NCBI GenBank assembly: GCA_027083115.1
Contig: JALWQN010000084.1
Coordinates: 1 to 55,875, forward strand
DNA: 55,875 nt
Source: Desulfurococcales archaeon
GTDB lineage: Archaea; Thermoproteota; Thermoprotei_A; Sulfolobales; NBVN01
Direction of reading: 5' to 3'
The notes under the pieces are model-generated. The model was not told the DNA's origin. It made no database searches and was given only the letters and a program-made list of their open reading frames with translations. Both the position numbers and the translations under genes were made by a program. Below, piece after piece: positions 19,583 to 29,838 of this stretch. The stretch's first letter is position 1, and every line of letters begins with the position of its first letter.

Positions 19583-22500
19583 TTAGGTTGCCTCCTCCAT
19601 ATAGTTTGCTCTTGACGGGATTCCCTCCTGAAGCCTTGTTCCTAGGTGATCTTTAACCCTTATTCTTATTACGTCGCTAAGCAAGAGAACTAATGCAGTA
19701 TTCCTGGACATGCTTCCCTTCCTCACGTGCTCCAACAAAACCTCAAGATCTCTTGTTGCCTTAACATCAGCTAATTCTGGGTAGTTTTCCTTAATTAGAT
19801 CAGCAACCTCTATACCTAACTTAGTCGGGATTAGGTATAGTCTCTTCTTAGAAGCTATAAGGTATCCGTGGCGTAAGTTATTCTCTATAGCTTTTGCGTA
19901 AGTGCTTGGTCTTCCAATACCTTTTTTCTTCATTAGCTTAATTGCGTCTGAAGAAGTATATAGACGAACTTCAGCAGCATTCATTACTTTAACATCTGCG
20001 TTCTTAACAACAAGCGATTTCTTACCCTTCATATCCGCATATACCTTCAAGTAGGAATACCTTAGGTGCCCAGGAACCAGGACTTCAGTAGGTATTGAGA
20101 CCTGCAATTTTAGCTCCCCCAAATCGACGCTATATGTGTAAAACCTCAATTTAGCTGGTGGCATTTGGCTTGCAATAAACCTCCTAAAGATAAGGTCATA
20201 AAGTCTTTTATGGTACCATGTAAGGTTTTGGAACATGCCGAAGCCGAGCTCATCTACTTCGTCTAAACTAGCAATTGGTTTAGTAGGCCTAATGCATTCA
20301 TGTGTGCCTTCAGGCCCCCAAGACCTCGGCGTAAAGAATTCTATCTCTTCATTCTTTACTAAGTATTCCTTAGCTATCTGAATACCTATTTGCGAAACAT
20401 GAGTGCTGTCGGTTCTGTGGTAAGTTATGAAGCCAAGCTCAAACAGGTCCTGAGCTACCCTCATTAGCTTACCAGGAGTTAATTTCAGGTACCTCATACC
20501 GTCATAAAGTAAAGAATCCGTTGTATATGGAGGCTTAGGTAGTTGTTCTTTCACCTCCTCTTTAAGGAGTTTAAGGAATATCCCGTTCTCACTCAGGTAT
20601 TTAACAACTTCTTTGACTTTATCCTCCTCGTGAGTGAAGTACGTGATTTTCATGTCATTAGGTAACTTAATCACGATTAACTTACCTTTACTCTTTAAAT
20701 ACTCCCTATATCTCTCAACAATCCACTCCAGGACCGGAGACTGAACTCTGCCTCCACCAAGCCAGTATTTTCCTAACCTAGTCTTTAAGACATTACTTAA
20801 TTCAAAACCAACCAACCTGTCATCTACTCTTCTAACTATTTGGGCATTTATTCTCCTTAAATCGAGCTTTCTAGGTGATTTTAGTGCTTGAAGGAATGCG
20901 TGCCTCGTGACTTCATGGAACTCAACCCTTCTAAAAGAATCTATGTAGGGCCTAAGCAAGAGATAAACATCATAAGCTATTTTTTCTCCCTCATCATCAG
21001 GGTCAGTAGCTATTATTACTTCGTCATTTTCTTGAGCAAGTTTACGTAAAGCCTCAACAACTTTCCTACTATCCCTAATCCTGGACGACCCACAGCGCGG
21101 ACATTTATCCACGTCATCAGTAAATTGATAACCGCAATTCATGCATCTCTTTATCGTAGTATATATTGGTTTCAAACCTCTCCCGTTCTTGAGGGTTCCA
21201 TGAAAACCTTCATTAACGGTTAGGTCAAGCAAGTGGCCTAGGGTCGGAGCTATTGTGGCTATGTATACTTTATCTTTAAGAGGAATTACGGTCTCGTAAG
21301 CAATGTAGTCACTCAAGTATCTCCTGCCAGGTTTGCCGAACATCCTAGCAATCGTTTTCGCTTTAGTTGGGGACTCAACAACGATTAAAACTGACTTAAT
21401 TCTCTCGACATCCAAACCAGAGGTTTCTCTACTCCTACTTGCTTTCTGCTCCATCTTAACTTTCTTTAGGTCGAGCTTGCTTAAAGGAATAAATTCCTGC
21501 GTAGAAACATACCTTGCTAGCTTCTTAAGGAATATCTTGAGCAGATCCTCATCCTCATAAAGGATTATCGAGAGCCCTAAAGTCATGTTTCCTTTAAGCA
21601 ATCTACTAGATCTTCCTGAAGCTTGAATGTAAGTCATTACATCTGGCAGACTAACTATTAGTTTCCCTCCCTTTAAAGTGATAATATATGAGTCCGTAGT
21701 TAACTTACCTTTTTCTTTCACATAATCATATACGAACTTCTTAATGGATGGAATCTCCTTCAATATCCTGTCTCTAACTTCCGATAAGAAACCCTCAACC
21801 TCCAGGTAACCCTTCAGGCTAGCTTGAAGTACCTTGAGTTTACCAGGGCTTAGCCTGGACAGAATTTTTAAGAGATCCTTACAATCCTCGGAGAGTCTAT
21901 AACCTCTTTTAGCGGCTTCAATAACGGACCTAAGAAACCCCGTAGGGCTGGTCACTATTGAGTCGAACGGAAACTCAAATTTTGGGATTCCTACAAAAAT
22001 AGCGTTATATATTCGCAAGGGTTCATCAATACCCCTGGTTAAGATCCCGTAATAGGTTGCGACACCCACTAAAACATCTGCATCTCCTGAACGCAACATA
22101 TCAAGAGCTTTTCTTGAGGTTGCTGCAGCAACTCTTATGCCTTCATTCCTTAACTCATTAACTAATTTTCTTGCGTAAGCTAACCCCCTATCTTTACTTA
22201 CGAAGATTAAAGTCCCTCCCTCAAGCTCCTTAAGGAGCTTACTTAAGTCAACCTCACTTAACTTCTCACTAACTTCAACTATATTCCTGAGGTAATCCAT
22301 TATTGAGCCAACCTCAAACCCAAGTATTTCCCTAAGCACCTTAATTCTTGAGCCCTTAGCTCTGCCAGTAGCGCTAGCTATCAACAACTGACCCATAGAA
22401 TCGACATCCAAGTATGTGGCTAGCTCCATCTCGGTCTTATAGAGCGTTTCAGATATTTCATTGACTTTCTCGTCGTTACCTGCGTATTTATAGAACATCA

Positions 22501-23206
22501 GCTCAGACTTCAAAGAAACTACTTTCCTAGCAAGCTTAATTGCTTCCTCATTCACTCCCAAAAGATTAAGTATTAAGTCAATCAGTGATGAAGATTTAAG
22601 GAGGGCGTCGAAGTCATCCACTATCACTAAGTCGTACTTTACGTTCCTGAACAGGTCTTTATTTCTGTAAATGAATGCATGAGTCAAGACATCTATTCTA
22701 CCCTTAACTAAGCCGCCTTCTTTAAGCAGTGGCTTAAGAGCTGTTGAGTCCTGAACCGTAACAGGAAGTGAATAATTCCTGAAGGATGCAAGAACTTGCT
22801 TCATTAACTCAACAGTAGGTACTATGTAGAGGACATTGCTACCATTATTGCTTCTGTATAGTGCATAAACCTGCAACAACGTTGTTTTCCCTACGCCTGT
22901 AGGGGCAATAAGAGCGTATGAGTCCCCTTCAAGCATTCTTTTAGCCCATGCTTTTTGGATGGTCCAGAACTGCTTTTTAGTGAGCTTAAAGAAGAATGCC
23001 TCAAAATCCTTCAACTCATCCTCTAGAAGGAAAACATTCACCAATCTCTTGGTTTTACCTAGTTGTGCCAGAACCTTCCTTAATCCTTGCTTTTTTAGTA
23101 AGGGTAAGTACTTGCTGGGTAAGCATTTATTGCAGGGGAGCCCTGCCTTAAGGCGTTCCTCACTTATGGGTCCCCCACAATTAGGACACATGTCTTTAAT
23201 TATCAT
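19583..23206 (-). CDS. rgy: Reverse gyrase
   Basis: CPNCGG Zn finger, APTGVGKTT helicase domain, VESPTKA TOPRIM, ITYHRTDS active site. Confidence 0.97.
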   Translation of the reverse strand: MIIKDMCPNCGGPISEERLKAGLPCNKCLPSKYLPLLKKQGLRKVLAQLGKTKRLVNVFLLEDELKDFEAFFFKLTKKQFWTIQKAWAKRMLEGDSYALIAPTGVGKTTLLQVYALYRSNNGSNVLYIVPTVELMKQVLASFRNYSLPVTVQDSTALKPLLKEGGLVKGRIDVLTHAFIYRNKDLFRNVKYDLVIVDDFDALLKSSSLIDLILNLLGVNEEAIKLARKVVSLKSELMFYKYAGNDEKVNEISETLYKTEMELATYLDVDSMGQLLIASATGRAKGSRIKVLREILGFEVGSIMDYLRNIVEVSEKLSEVDLSKLLKELEGGTLIFVSKDRGLAYARKLVNELRNEGIRVAAATSRKALDMLRSGDADVLVGVATYYGILTRGIDEPLRIYNAIFVGIPKFEFPFDSIVTSPTGFLRSVIEAAKRGYRLSEDCKDLLKILSRLSPGKLKVLQASLKGYLEVEGFLSEVRDRILKEIPSIKKFVYDYVKEKGKLTTDSYIITLKGGKLIVSLPDVMTYIQASGRSSRLLKGNMTLGLSIILYEDEDLLKIFLKKLARYVSTQEFIPLSKLDLKKVKMEQKASRSRETSGLDVERIKSVLIVVESPTKAKTIARMFGKPGRRYLSDYIAYETVIPLKDKVYIATIAPTLGHLLDLTVNEGFHGTLKNGRGLKPIYTTIKRCMNCGYQFTDDVDKCPRCGSSRIRDSRKVVEALRKLAQENDEVIIATDPDDEGEKIAYDVYLLLRPYIDSFRRVEFHEVTRHAFLQALKSPRKLDLRRINAQIVRRVDDRLVGFELSNVLKTRLGKYWLGGGRVQSPVLEWIVERYREYLKSKGKLIVIKLPNDMKITYFTHEEDKVKEVVKYLSENGIFLKLLKEEVKEQLPKPPYTTDSLLYDGMRYLKLTPGKLMRVAQDLFELGFITYHRTDSTHVSQIGIQIAKEYLVKNEEIEFFTPRSWGPEGTHECIRPTKPIASLDEVDELGFGMFQNLTWYHKRLYDLIFRRFIASQMPPAKLRFYTYSVDLGELKLQVSIPTEVLVPGHLRYSYLKVYADMKGKKSLVVKNADVKVMNAAEVRLYTSSDAIKLMKKKGIGRPSTYAKAIENNLRHGYLIASKKRLYLIPTKLGIEVADLIKENYPELADVKATRDLEVLLEHVRKGSMSRNTALVLLLSDVIRIRVKDHLGTRLQEGIPSRANYMEEAT

Positions 23207-23471
23207 AACTCATTACCTAGTAATGAGCTAGCTAATTATAGCTCCTTAAAAGGGCTTCACCCCATTAAAGAATAATTCGCAAATAAGTCAACATAAAATA
23301 AAGATAAAGTTAATCCATGAGTAAATCAAGACAAGCGATTTCTTAATAAATAAAACGCTTTGAGGCCGGCTAATTCAGCAAAGTAAAGTCAAAGAATAAG
23401 ACTTGAGAAAACTGAAGAAGCAATAAATTATTATGTGGATTTTAATTAAATGATTTTCCCAAATAACTAAA

Positions 23472-23726
23472 TCATAACTTCTTACTCTCAATAATGATCA
23501 TTGTTGTAGTTCCTCTAACTTGAGGAATCCTCCTAATTTTGTCAATCACTAACTCCCTAAGCGCCTCATGAGATTCTGCTTCAACCCTAACAACGATATC
23601 ATACATTCCATAAACCTCGTAAATTTCCCTAATCCCTTCAACCTTTGCTAAGGCATTAATAACTTCTGATTCCGCACCTATTTCAGTATTAATTAAAACT
23701 ATTGCGGAAGACATAATGCCATCCAT
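23472..23726 (-). CDS. Stand-alone Lrp/AsnC ligand-binding domain
   Basis: VYGMYDIVVRVEA RAM-domain motif; no HTH. Confidence 0.9.
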   Translation of the reverse strand: MDGIMSSAIVLINTEIGAESEVINALAKVEGIREIYEVYGMYDIVVRVEAESHEALRELVIDKIRRIPQVRGTTTMIIIESKKL

Positions 23727-23775
23727 GATTCATAACGATTTATACTTTATAAGCTTATCCAGCTGAAAAAGGAGC

Positions 23776-23824
23776 TCAGCAGCCTGGTCCACATCATTAT
23801 TTCAGCCCTTACAAGGCTCATCAC
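23776..23824 (-). ncRNA. C/D box sRNA (predicted tRNA-targeting)
   Basis: GTGATGA-gccttgtaaggg-CTGA-aata-ATGATGT-ggaccaggctg-CTGA. Confidence 0.88.
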
Positions 23825-23953
23825 ACCATAGAATAGTCTAAACAATAAAACTTATTGATAATCTAGGTTAAAAACCATCATTAAGGAGGATCAATAAGCG
23901 TTAGCGAAATTAGATATTTTAATTGACTACAATAATTAAACCGGTTAAGTACT

Positions 23954-25099
23954 TTGAGAATTAGTGAGTTAAGAACACCTACAGTATTAGTTGATTTAGA
24001 AAGGCTGAGAAAAAACATTTACACAGCAGCATATACTGCTAAAAGCAACAACAAGCACCTATGGCCAATGTTCAAGACCACAAAATCCACCTTTATTGCT
24101 AAGTTGCAGAGAGATGCTGGCTCCAACGGTTTCTTAAGTAGTAATGTTTATGAGGCGAGCGCCCTAGTTAATAAAGGCATAACTAAGAATGTAATGATTG
24201 CCTACCCTATAGTTAGTAAGGAAGAGATTAAGGCACTAATCAACCTTATTGAGAGAGGAACTAAGGTTATCGTCAGGATCGATAATTTACGGATGGCTGA
24301 AACCATAAGTAGGGAGCTAAGATCAAATGCTGCAACTGTTGAATACTGTATTAAGATCGATGTGGGCTACGGAAGGCTTGGTATAAAGCCTGAGAATGCA
24401 GGAATTTTTGTTACGAAACTAAGAAAATTCAGGAATTTGGTTTTTGCGGGGATCGTCACACACCAGGGAAACGCTTATAGAGCCAAAAACCCTACGGAAG
24501 TTGAGGAAATCGCTAAATATAGCGCTAAACAAATGGAGACTGCAGTAAGTAACCTTAAGAAATACGATATAGAGCCAGAAATTATTGGTGCTGGCTCCAC
24601 ACCCACATTCAGGTTCGATGTAGCAGAAGGTATTTACACTCACCTGTTCCCCGGAAATTACGTATATTTTGACAGAACTCAAGCTTTAGCCTACGGTTCA
24701 GCAAGCATAAAAGATTGCGCACTTACGTTATTAGCGACTGTTATATCGAAACCACAGCACTCAGGAAACAAGCTCGCTATTATTGATGCTGGTACCAAAT
24801 ATATAGAACCCTCTAATAGAGGCGGGTTAGTCGGTTATGGGCAGCTAGTGAATAACCCTAGAGCCATAGTTACTAGGGTGTCACAGGAAATAGCGGTACT
24901 AAGGGCTGAGGAAGACGGTATTGATATTGGCGAGAAGGTACGAGTAATCACAAATCATTCATGCTATACTAACAATTCAGTTAATTTGCTTGTTGGTCAT
25001 ACAGGATCAAAAGTTACTGGGATAATTCCTGTTGATGCCAAAAAGGAAGATATTATTGAGAAGGTACTGAGGGAGAGTTACATCAAAATACTTCATTAA
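23954..25099 (+). CDS. Fold-type III PLP enzyme, D-serine dehydratase/D-threonine aldolase family
   Basis: TPTVLVD, KT.K PLP lysine, GSTPT, PGNYVYFD, DAGTK, NHSC. Confidence 0.85.
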   Translation: MRISELRTPTVLVDLERLRKNIYTAAYTAKSNNKHLWPMFKTTKSTFIAKLQRDAGSNGFLSSNVYEASALVNKGITKNVMIAYPIVSKEEIKALINLIERGTKVIVRIDNLRMAETISRELRSNAATVEYCIKIDVGYGRLGIKPENAGIFVTKLRKFRNLVFAGIVTHQGNAYRAKNPTEVEEIAKYSAKQMETAVSNLKKYDIEPEIIGAGSTPTFRFDVAEGIYTHLFPGNYVYFDRTQALAYGSASIKDCALTLLATVISKPQHSGNKLAIIDAGTKYIEPSNRGGLVGYGQLVNNPRAIVTRVSQEIAVLRAEEDGIDIGEKVRVITNHSCYTNNSVNLLVGHTGSKVTGIIPVDAKKEDIIEKVLRESYIKILH

Positions 25100-25217
25100 T
25101 TCCTCTAAGCAGGAGATTTAACTCCTCGGTACTATTACTACCTAGCTTCATTAGGCCTTTCTCTATCGGTACAGGAATAAAATAAGCCACTTAATTACTA
25201 TATAACTATACTAAATC

Positions 25218-25961
25218 TTGACGAACTTGTTGGGGGATAAAGTGAAGGTCAGTAAAGGAAGTAAGGTATACCTGCTGAACGAAATTGTTTCAAACGCTAG
25301 TTTAGTGCGTGAAGCACTGAACAAGTTCAGCAATGAAGTAATTCTGCCCCTGAAGCCTTTTGTGGGGTTAGCTGACTTCAAGGGGCTGAAGACATATGTA
25401 GCCATTCCCTTACCAGCACTCTTAACCCCAGGAGAGTTAAACTCTAAGAAACCAGAATACGTATTGGAAGAAGATGTTTGGGTTGATGGAAAATATCTAT
25501 CTAAGGAAAAAACAATTATCGATTATAACATCCGCGACTTAAATATTCAGATACCGTTCTTTAATCTTCAAGAGGCAAACAAAGAAAAGAGAGTAGGGTG
25601 CCTCTTATATCGGTCGCCCAACGAAGAAGAACTAGAGTTGTATCTCAATAAGTTGCTTAACGCAAAACATGTTGCCATACTAGATAAACTAGCTGAAGAT
25701 AATGAAGAGGGTGAATTAAGGTGTTATTGGTGTTCGCATTTCTTACTCTCAGGGCTTAATTTAAGGAAACAATTGAGAGTTAAGGTACTAGACCTTAATA
25801 AAATAAGGAAGCTGAGATACTTAGTGAAGCCACTTCTTTATTTAGGGAGTAAGGCAATTATGGGTGAACTAACCTACAATAACTCGATTGTTTTCTTCGG
25901 GTTTAATAAAGATAAAATCTTTAAGGAATTGCTTACTAGGGCCATTCTTTACGTCTGCTGA
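25218..25961 (+). CDS. Hypothetical protein
   Basis: 247-aa ORF with no recognised motif. Confidence 0.65.
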   Translation: MTNLLGDKVKVSKGSKVYLLNEIVSNASLVREALNKFSNEVILPLKPFVGLADFKGLKTYVAIPLPALLTPGELNSKKPEYVLEEDVWVDGKYLSKEKTIIDYNIRDLNIQIPFFNLQEANKEKRVGCLLYRSPNEEELELYLNKLLNAKHVAILDKLAEDNEEGELRCYWCSHFLLSGLNLRKQLRVKVLDLNKIRKLRYLVKPLLYLGSKAIMGELTYNNSIVFFGFNKDKIFKELLTRAILYVC

Positions 25962-27585
25962 ATTCATCCAGCCTAATCTTCTTTCTTTTTCTTGCCTGAC
26001 TTTCTTCTGATGTCCCTTTAGCAACTATTTCATAAAGTACGGCTTCCTTACCTTGCCCTGGACGAAGAAGCCGGCCTAATCTTTGGATGAACTGCCTCCT
26101 TGAGCCCGTGCCAGCAACCAAAATACCTACTGAAGCATCAGGTATATCTAAACCTTCGTCACCAACGGTTGTGACAACCAGAACGCCGGACCTACTTTTC
26201 TTAAATTCCTCAATAATTTTTTTCCTTACCTCATCCTTAACCGAGCCTGTTAGTAGGTAACCATTAACTAAGTCAGCTATTGCTTTAGCAACCTCAACAT
26301 AATGTGCAAATATGATGATTTTCTTACCTGAAGAAAGCTCTTTCTCAACTATTTCCTTCACCTTCATAAGCTTAGATTTTGATTTCTGAATGATTTGTAG
26401 CATGCGAGAATGAATCCTTAATGCCTTTATCGCCATTAAATTTCCTTTCTGCGCTTCCTTAACTAAGTCATCAAAGCTGCCAAAAACCATATACTTCTTG
26501 AAAAGCTTCCTTAACTCATCATACTCTTTCTTCTCGTTGCTGGAAAGCGATACCTTAACTGTTATGACCCTATATGGCGCTAAATATCCTTTTTTAGCCA
26601 GCTCGGATGGGGTTTTATAATAAACAACTCCTCCCATTAATGGAAATAGGTAAGTGTGCTTGCCATCCTCTCTGTAGGGGGTTGCTGAGAGGCCTAAACG
26701 ATAGGCTGCAGGAGAACTTGTCGCTATATGCTTAAATTTATCTGCCGGGAGGTGATGAACTTCATCAATCACCAAAAAGCCGAAGTAAGGAGATAATTTA
26801 TGGATGTACTTGTAGGCAGTTTGATATGTTGCCAGAGTGATATCTGAGATCCTTTTTTCTTTACTGTAGTAAAGCCCGATCATGTGTTGTTCAGCGTCCG
26901 TAAACTCCATTAATGATTTGCGCCACTGAAGTAGTTGCTCCTTAGTGTACACAATAATCAATGTCTTTAGTGATACCTTTGCTATGGCAGCTACCCCAAT
27001 CACTGTTTTTCCTGAACCTGTGGGTAAAGCTATTATGCCCTTACCTCCATTCCTTAACCAATAATTAATGGCTTCTTCCTGATAGTCCCTCAATTGGCCT
27101 TTGAACTCTATTTTTACGCTTAATTTCCTGTTAATACTGAAACCTGTTAAATCAACTACAGAGAAGTTGAGCCCTTTTAATCTACTGATTAGGTCAGGAT
27201 AGCGGTAAGGGTACGTATAAAACAACCTTGAGGACCTATCGTAACTAAGTAAGTCCTTAAATCTCTCAGGATATAACTCCCCCAAATAAGTACTGAACTT
27301 AGCGTATATCTTAGATCCGTCAAAGCTTAAGGTTACTGACTTACTTGATGAATTCCTTAAAGAATCTAAGAACTCAATTACTTCATCCGAATAATCGGCT
27401 CCTGAACCCTCTAGAATATCTACTACGTCATCAGGCGTAAGGCCTTTATTGATGATTTTGTTTCTGGAGAGCTTAAATACTGTAAGGCCTTTCTCCCTAC
27501 CCAGATAATCCGCTACACCCAATAACCTCCTGAAAGCCTTAGAGCTAACCCACCCCTTTAAGTAGAATTTAGGTTCTTCATGCAA
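25936..27585 (-). CDS. xpb: XPB/Rad25-like SF2 helicase
   Basis: LRDYQ, LPTGSGKT, DEVHH, SATPYRED, QRLGR. Confidence 0.88.
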   Translation of the reverse strand: MHEEPKFYLKGWVSSKAFRRLLGVADYLGREKGLTVFKLSRNKIINKGLTPDDVVDILEGSGADYSDEVIEFLDSLRNSSSKSVTLSFDGSKIYAKFSTYLGELYPERFKDLLSYDRSSRLFYTYPYRYPDLISRLKGLNFSVVDLTGFSINRKLSVKIEFKGQLRDYQEEAINYWLRNGGKGIIALPTGSGKTVIGVAAIAKVSLKTLIIVYTKEQLLQWRKSLMEFTDAEQHMIGLYYSKEKRISDITLATYQTAYKYIHKLSPYFGFLVIDEVHHLPADKFKHIATSSPAAYRLGLSATPYREDGKHTYLFPLMGGVVYYKTPSELAKKGYLAPYRVITVKVSLSSNEKKEYDELRKLFKKYMVFGSFDDLVKEAQKGNLMAIKALRIHSRMLQIIQKSKSKLMKVKEIVEKELSSGKKIIIFAHYVEVAKAIADLVNGYLLTGSVKDEVRKKIIEEFKKSRSGVLVVTTVGDEGLDIPDASVGILVAGTGSRRQFIQRLGRLLRPGQGKEAVLYEIVAKGTSEESQARKRKKIRLDEFSRRKEWP

Positions 27586-27597
27586 AGCCGGCAGTCC

Positions 27598-27939
27598 TCA
27601 TTCCTGGACTTCCTCATAAAGCTCAACAATTATTCTGGCCTTAACGTTTTTCTTAGCGAAAGGAGGTACCTCCTTACCTAAATCAACGGCCAAAACCACA
27701 TCATTACCTAAGTCATCCTTAAATCTGACTTCTGCTATATATTCTTCTTTTGGTCCTCCCTCCATAGATTCCATCAGTGCTTTGTAAAGGCGTGAGAAAG
27801 CCAGTTGAAAAGAGACAGGATTAGTTAGGTCCGAAGGAGATAGTCTGGCCTCAGCAAGTCCTTTGGCAAGGTCAACTATAGCTTTCTCTACCTTACCCAA
27901 CCCAATAAATTCTCTCCTATAATTAGGTCCTTCCTCCAA
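27598..27939 (-). CDS. Hypothetical protein
   Basis: TTG start with AGGTGA SD; 12 bp upstream of the helicase gene. Confidence 0.75.
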   Translation of the reverse strand: MEEGPNYRREFIGLGKVEKAIVDLAKGLAEARLSPSDLTNPVSFQLAFSRLYKALMESMEGGPKEEYIAEVRFKDDLGNDVVLAVDLGKEVPPFAKKNVKARIIVELYEEVQE

Positions 27940-28102
27940 TTATTTCACCTATAGAGTTTGGTACATAAAACAATATAAAGGAATAATCCAGCAATACAGC
28001 ACTATACTTAATAGTGAAAGTATTTATACCATAAAAACTTATTAAGCGCCCCTTAGTTACTTCATTGAAAACAAAGCAAGTAAAGGTCTGAGGTGAGAAA
28101 AA

Positions 28103-28402
28103 ATGTCATCGTCGCAAAGTCCAATATCAAGCAATGTAGTGTTAGTAGGTAAGAAACCAGTCATGAACTACGTGTTAGCTACTTTAACCCTGTTAAATCA
28201 GGGTGTCCCAGAAATAATAGTGAAGGCTAGGGGTAGAGCTATTAGCAAGGCTGTAGATACTGTTGAGATAGTTAGGAGCAGGTTCCTACCCGATAAAGTG
28301 CAGATTAAGGAAATTAAGATAGGGAGCCAAGTAGTGACTACTGCCGAAGGCAGACAAACTAGGGTTTCTACAATAGAGATCTCTATAGCTAAGAAAGAGT
28401 AA
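28103..28402 (+). CDS. albA: DNA/RNA-binding protein Alba
   Basis: [29 protein letters not shown]. Confidence 0.97.
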   Translation: MSSSQSPISSNVVLVGKKPVMNYVLATLTLLNQGVPEIIVKARGRAISKAVDTVEIVRSRFLPDKVQIKEIKIGSQVVTTAEGRQTRVSTIEISIAKKE

Positions 28403-28575
28403 AAAAGCAAATTTATCTAACGCTGGCTACTTAACTTATTTTTTATAGATTTATCCTAAAGCCGCTAAAACGGCCATCAATTATAACTCAATTAATTCAT
28501 TGATGACTCCAAGAAGTAACTTAATTGTTTAGGTAACCTTAATTTCCTACCATAAATAAGTTCTTAGGGAGTAGG

Positions 28576-29262
28576 TTGGGGAAGCTAATCAAAAAATTAA
28601 GGGAGGTTAAAAGACCTTTACTCCAGGTTGCTCTTGATTTCACATCCATTGAAGATGCTATCAAGCTAGCTAAGAAGATCAGCGACCTACCTATTGATAT
28701 TTTTGAGGTTGGAACACCTCTAATTAAGGCTGAAGGAATGAAGGCCGTATCTGTTCTGAAGGCATTTGTTGGTTCAGAAGCACTAGTCTTGGCTGATATG
28801 AAAACTGCTGATGTTGGAGGACTGGAGGTTAAATTAGCACACGACGCGGGAGCAGACATAACTACAGTTCTTGCCTCGAGTGACGAGGAAGTCATTATGT
28901 CAGCTCTTAAAGCAGGCAAAGAGTCAGGTACTGATGTGGTTATTGATACTTTAGGGATCAGGAATGTTGCGGAGAAAGTTAGAGAGCTTACCTTTTTGGG
29001 AGTCAATACAGTGAATCTGCATATAGGAATAGATGTCCAGAAATCTAAAGGCCTGACTGCTGGAGATGTAGCAAGCAAGTACAGTAGCCTTATAAATGAG
29101 TTCAGGTTGCACTTTTCCATAAGTGGAGGCATTAAAGCCAAAGATGTGCGTAAGATAAAGAATTTAGGATTCCAAATAATTGTTGTTGGTTCAGCAATAA
29201 CTAGGTCCCCTAATCCAAGAAAGTCTGCTGAGCTCTTTATCTCAGAACTTCACAAAAATTAA
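28576..29262 (+). CDS. hps: 3-hexulose-6-phosphate synthase (HUMPS family)
   Basis: LQVALD, EVGTPLIK, ADMKTAD, HIGIDVQ, VGSAIT. Confidence 0.88.
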   Translation: MGKLIKKLREVKRPLLQVALDFTSIEDAIKLAKKISDLPIDIFEVGTPLIKAEGMKAVSVLKAFVGSEALVLADMKTADVGGLEVKLAHDAGADITTVLASSDEEVIMSALKAGKESGTDVVIDTLGIRNVAEKVRELTFLGVNTVNLHIGIDVQKSKGLTAGDVASKYSSLINEFRLHFSISGGIKAKDVRKIKNLGFQIIVVGSAITRSPNPRKSAELFISELHKN

Positions 29263-29270
29263 CGATTACA

Positions 29271-29753
29271 TTAAAATCTTCTGCGCCTTCTTCTCCTTTT
29301 AGCACCAAGCATTAATTGAGTAGCACTCTCTTCAGCCTCTATCTTAGGCCTCAGCTCCTCACAAGCCTTAATTATTTCCTCCAATTCACTATCTGAAACC
29401 TGTGTTAATTCCAAGAACTCCTTCCCTTTAGATGTTAGCCTCAACCTCCGTGAGATAGGATCTGTCTCTATTAGCCCCAAATAAAGCAGGATTCTTAAAT
29501 CGTCCGCTAAATCCCTGCTACTGGGTGTGTCTCCGATCATTATGAATTCATAACCAATATCTACTCCTTTCTCGTCCTTAATCATGTACAGAAGCTTAGT
29601 TAGCCCTCTTTCACTGATTTGAGTAAATAGATCAATTATTTTCATAAGCCTTAATTTCCTTATATCTTTCTTGACTATATCTTCAGTAACAACCTTCTTC
29701 GTAACTATACGTAGTTCTTTCCCTGTTCCCTTACCTGAACCTTTCTGCGACAC
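29271..29753 (-). CDS. Hypothetical winged-helix-like protein
   Basis: LLYLGLIE..LRLTSKG wing pattern; Arg-rich tail. Confidence 0.75.
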   Translation of the reverse strand: MSQKGSGKGTGKELRIVTKKVVTEDIVKKDIRKLRLMKIIDLFTQISERGLTKLLYMIKDEKGVDIGYEFIMIGDTPSSRDLADDLRILLYLGLIETDPISRRLRLTSKGKEFLELTQVSDSELEEIIKACEELRPKIEAEESATQLMLGAKRRRRRRRF

Positions 29754-29838
29754 ATAACCACCTATTACTTCTTGCCTAGGCGTTATTTAAAGAGTTCCGC
29801 GAAAATAATATTTAACATTAAACATAATTTTTTTAGGG

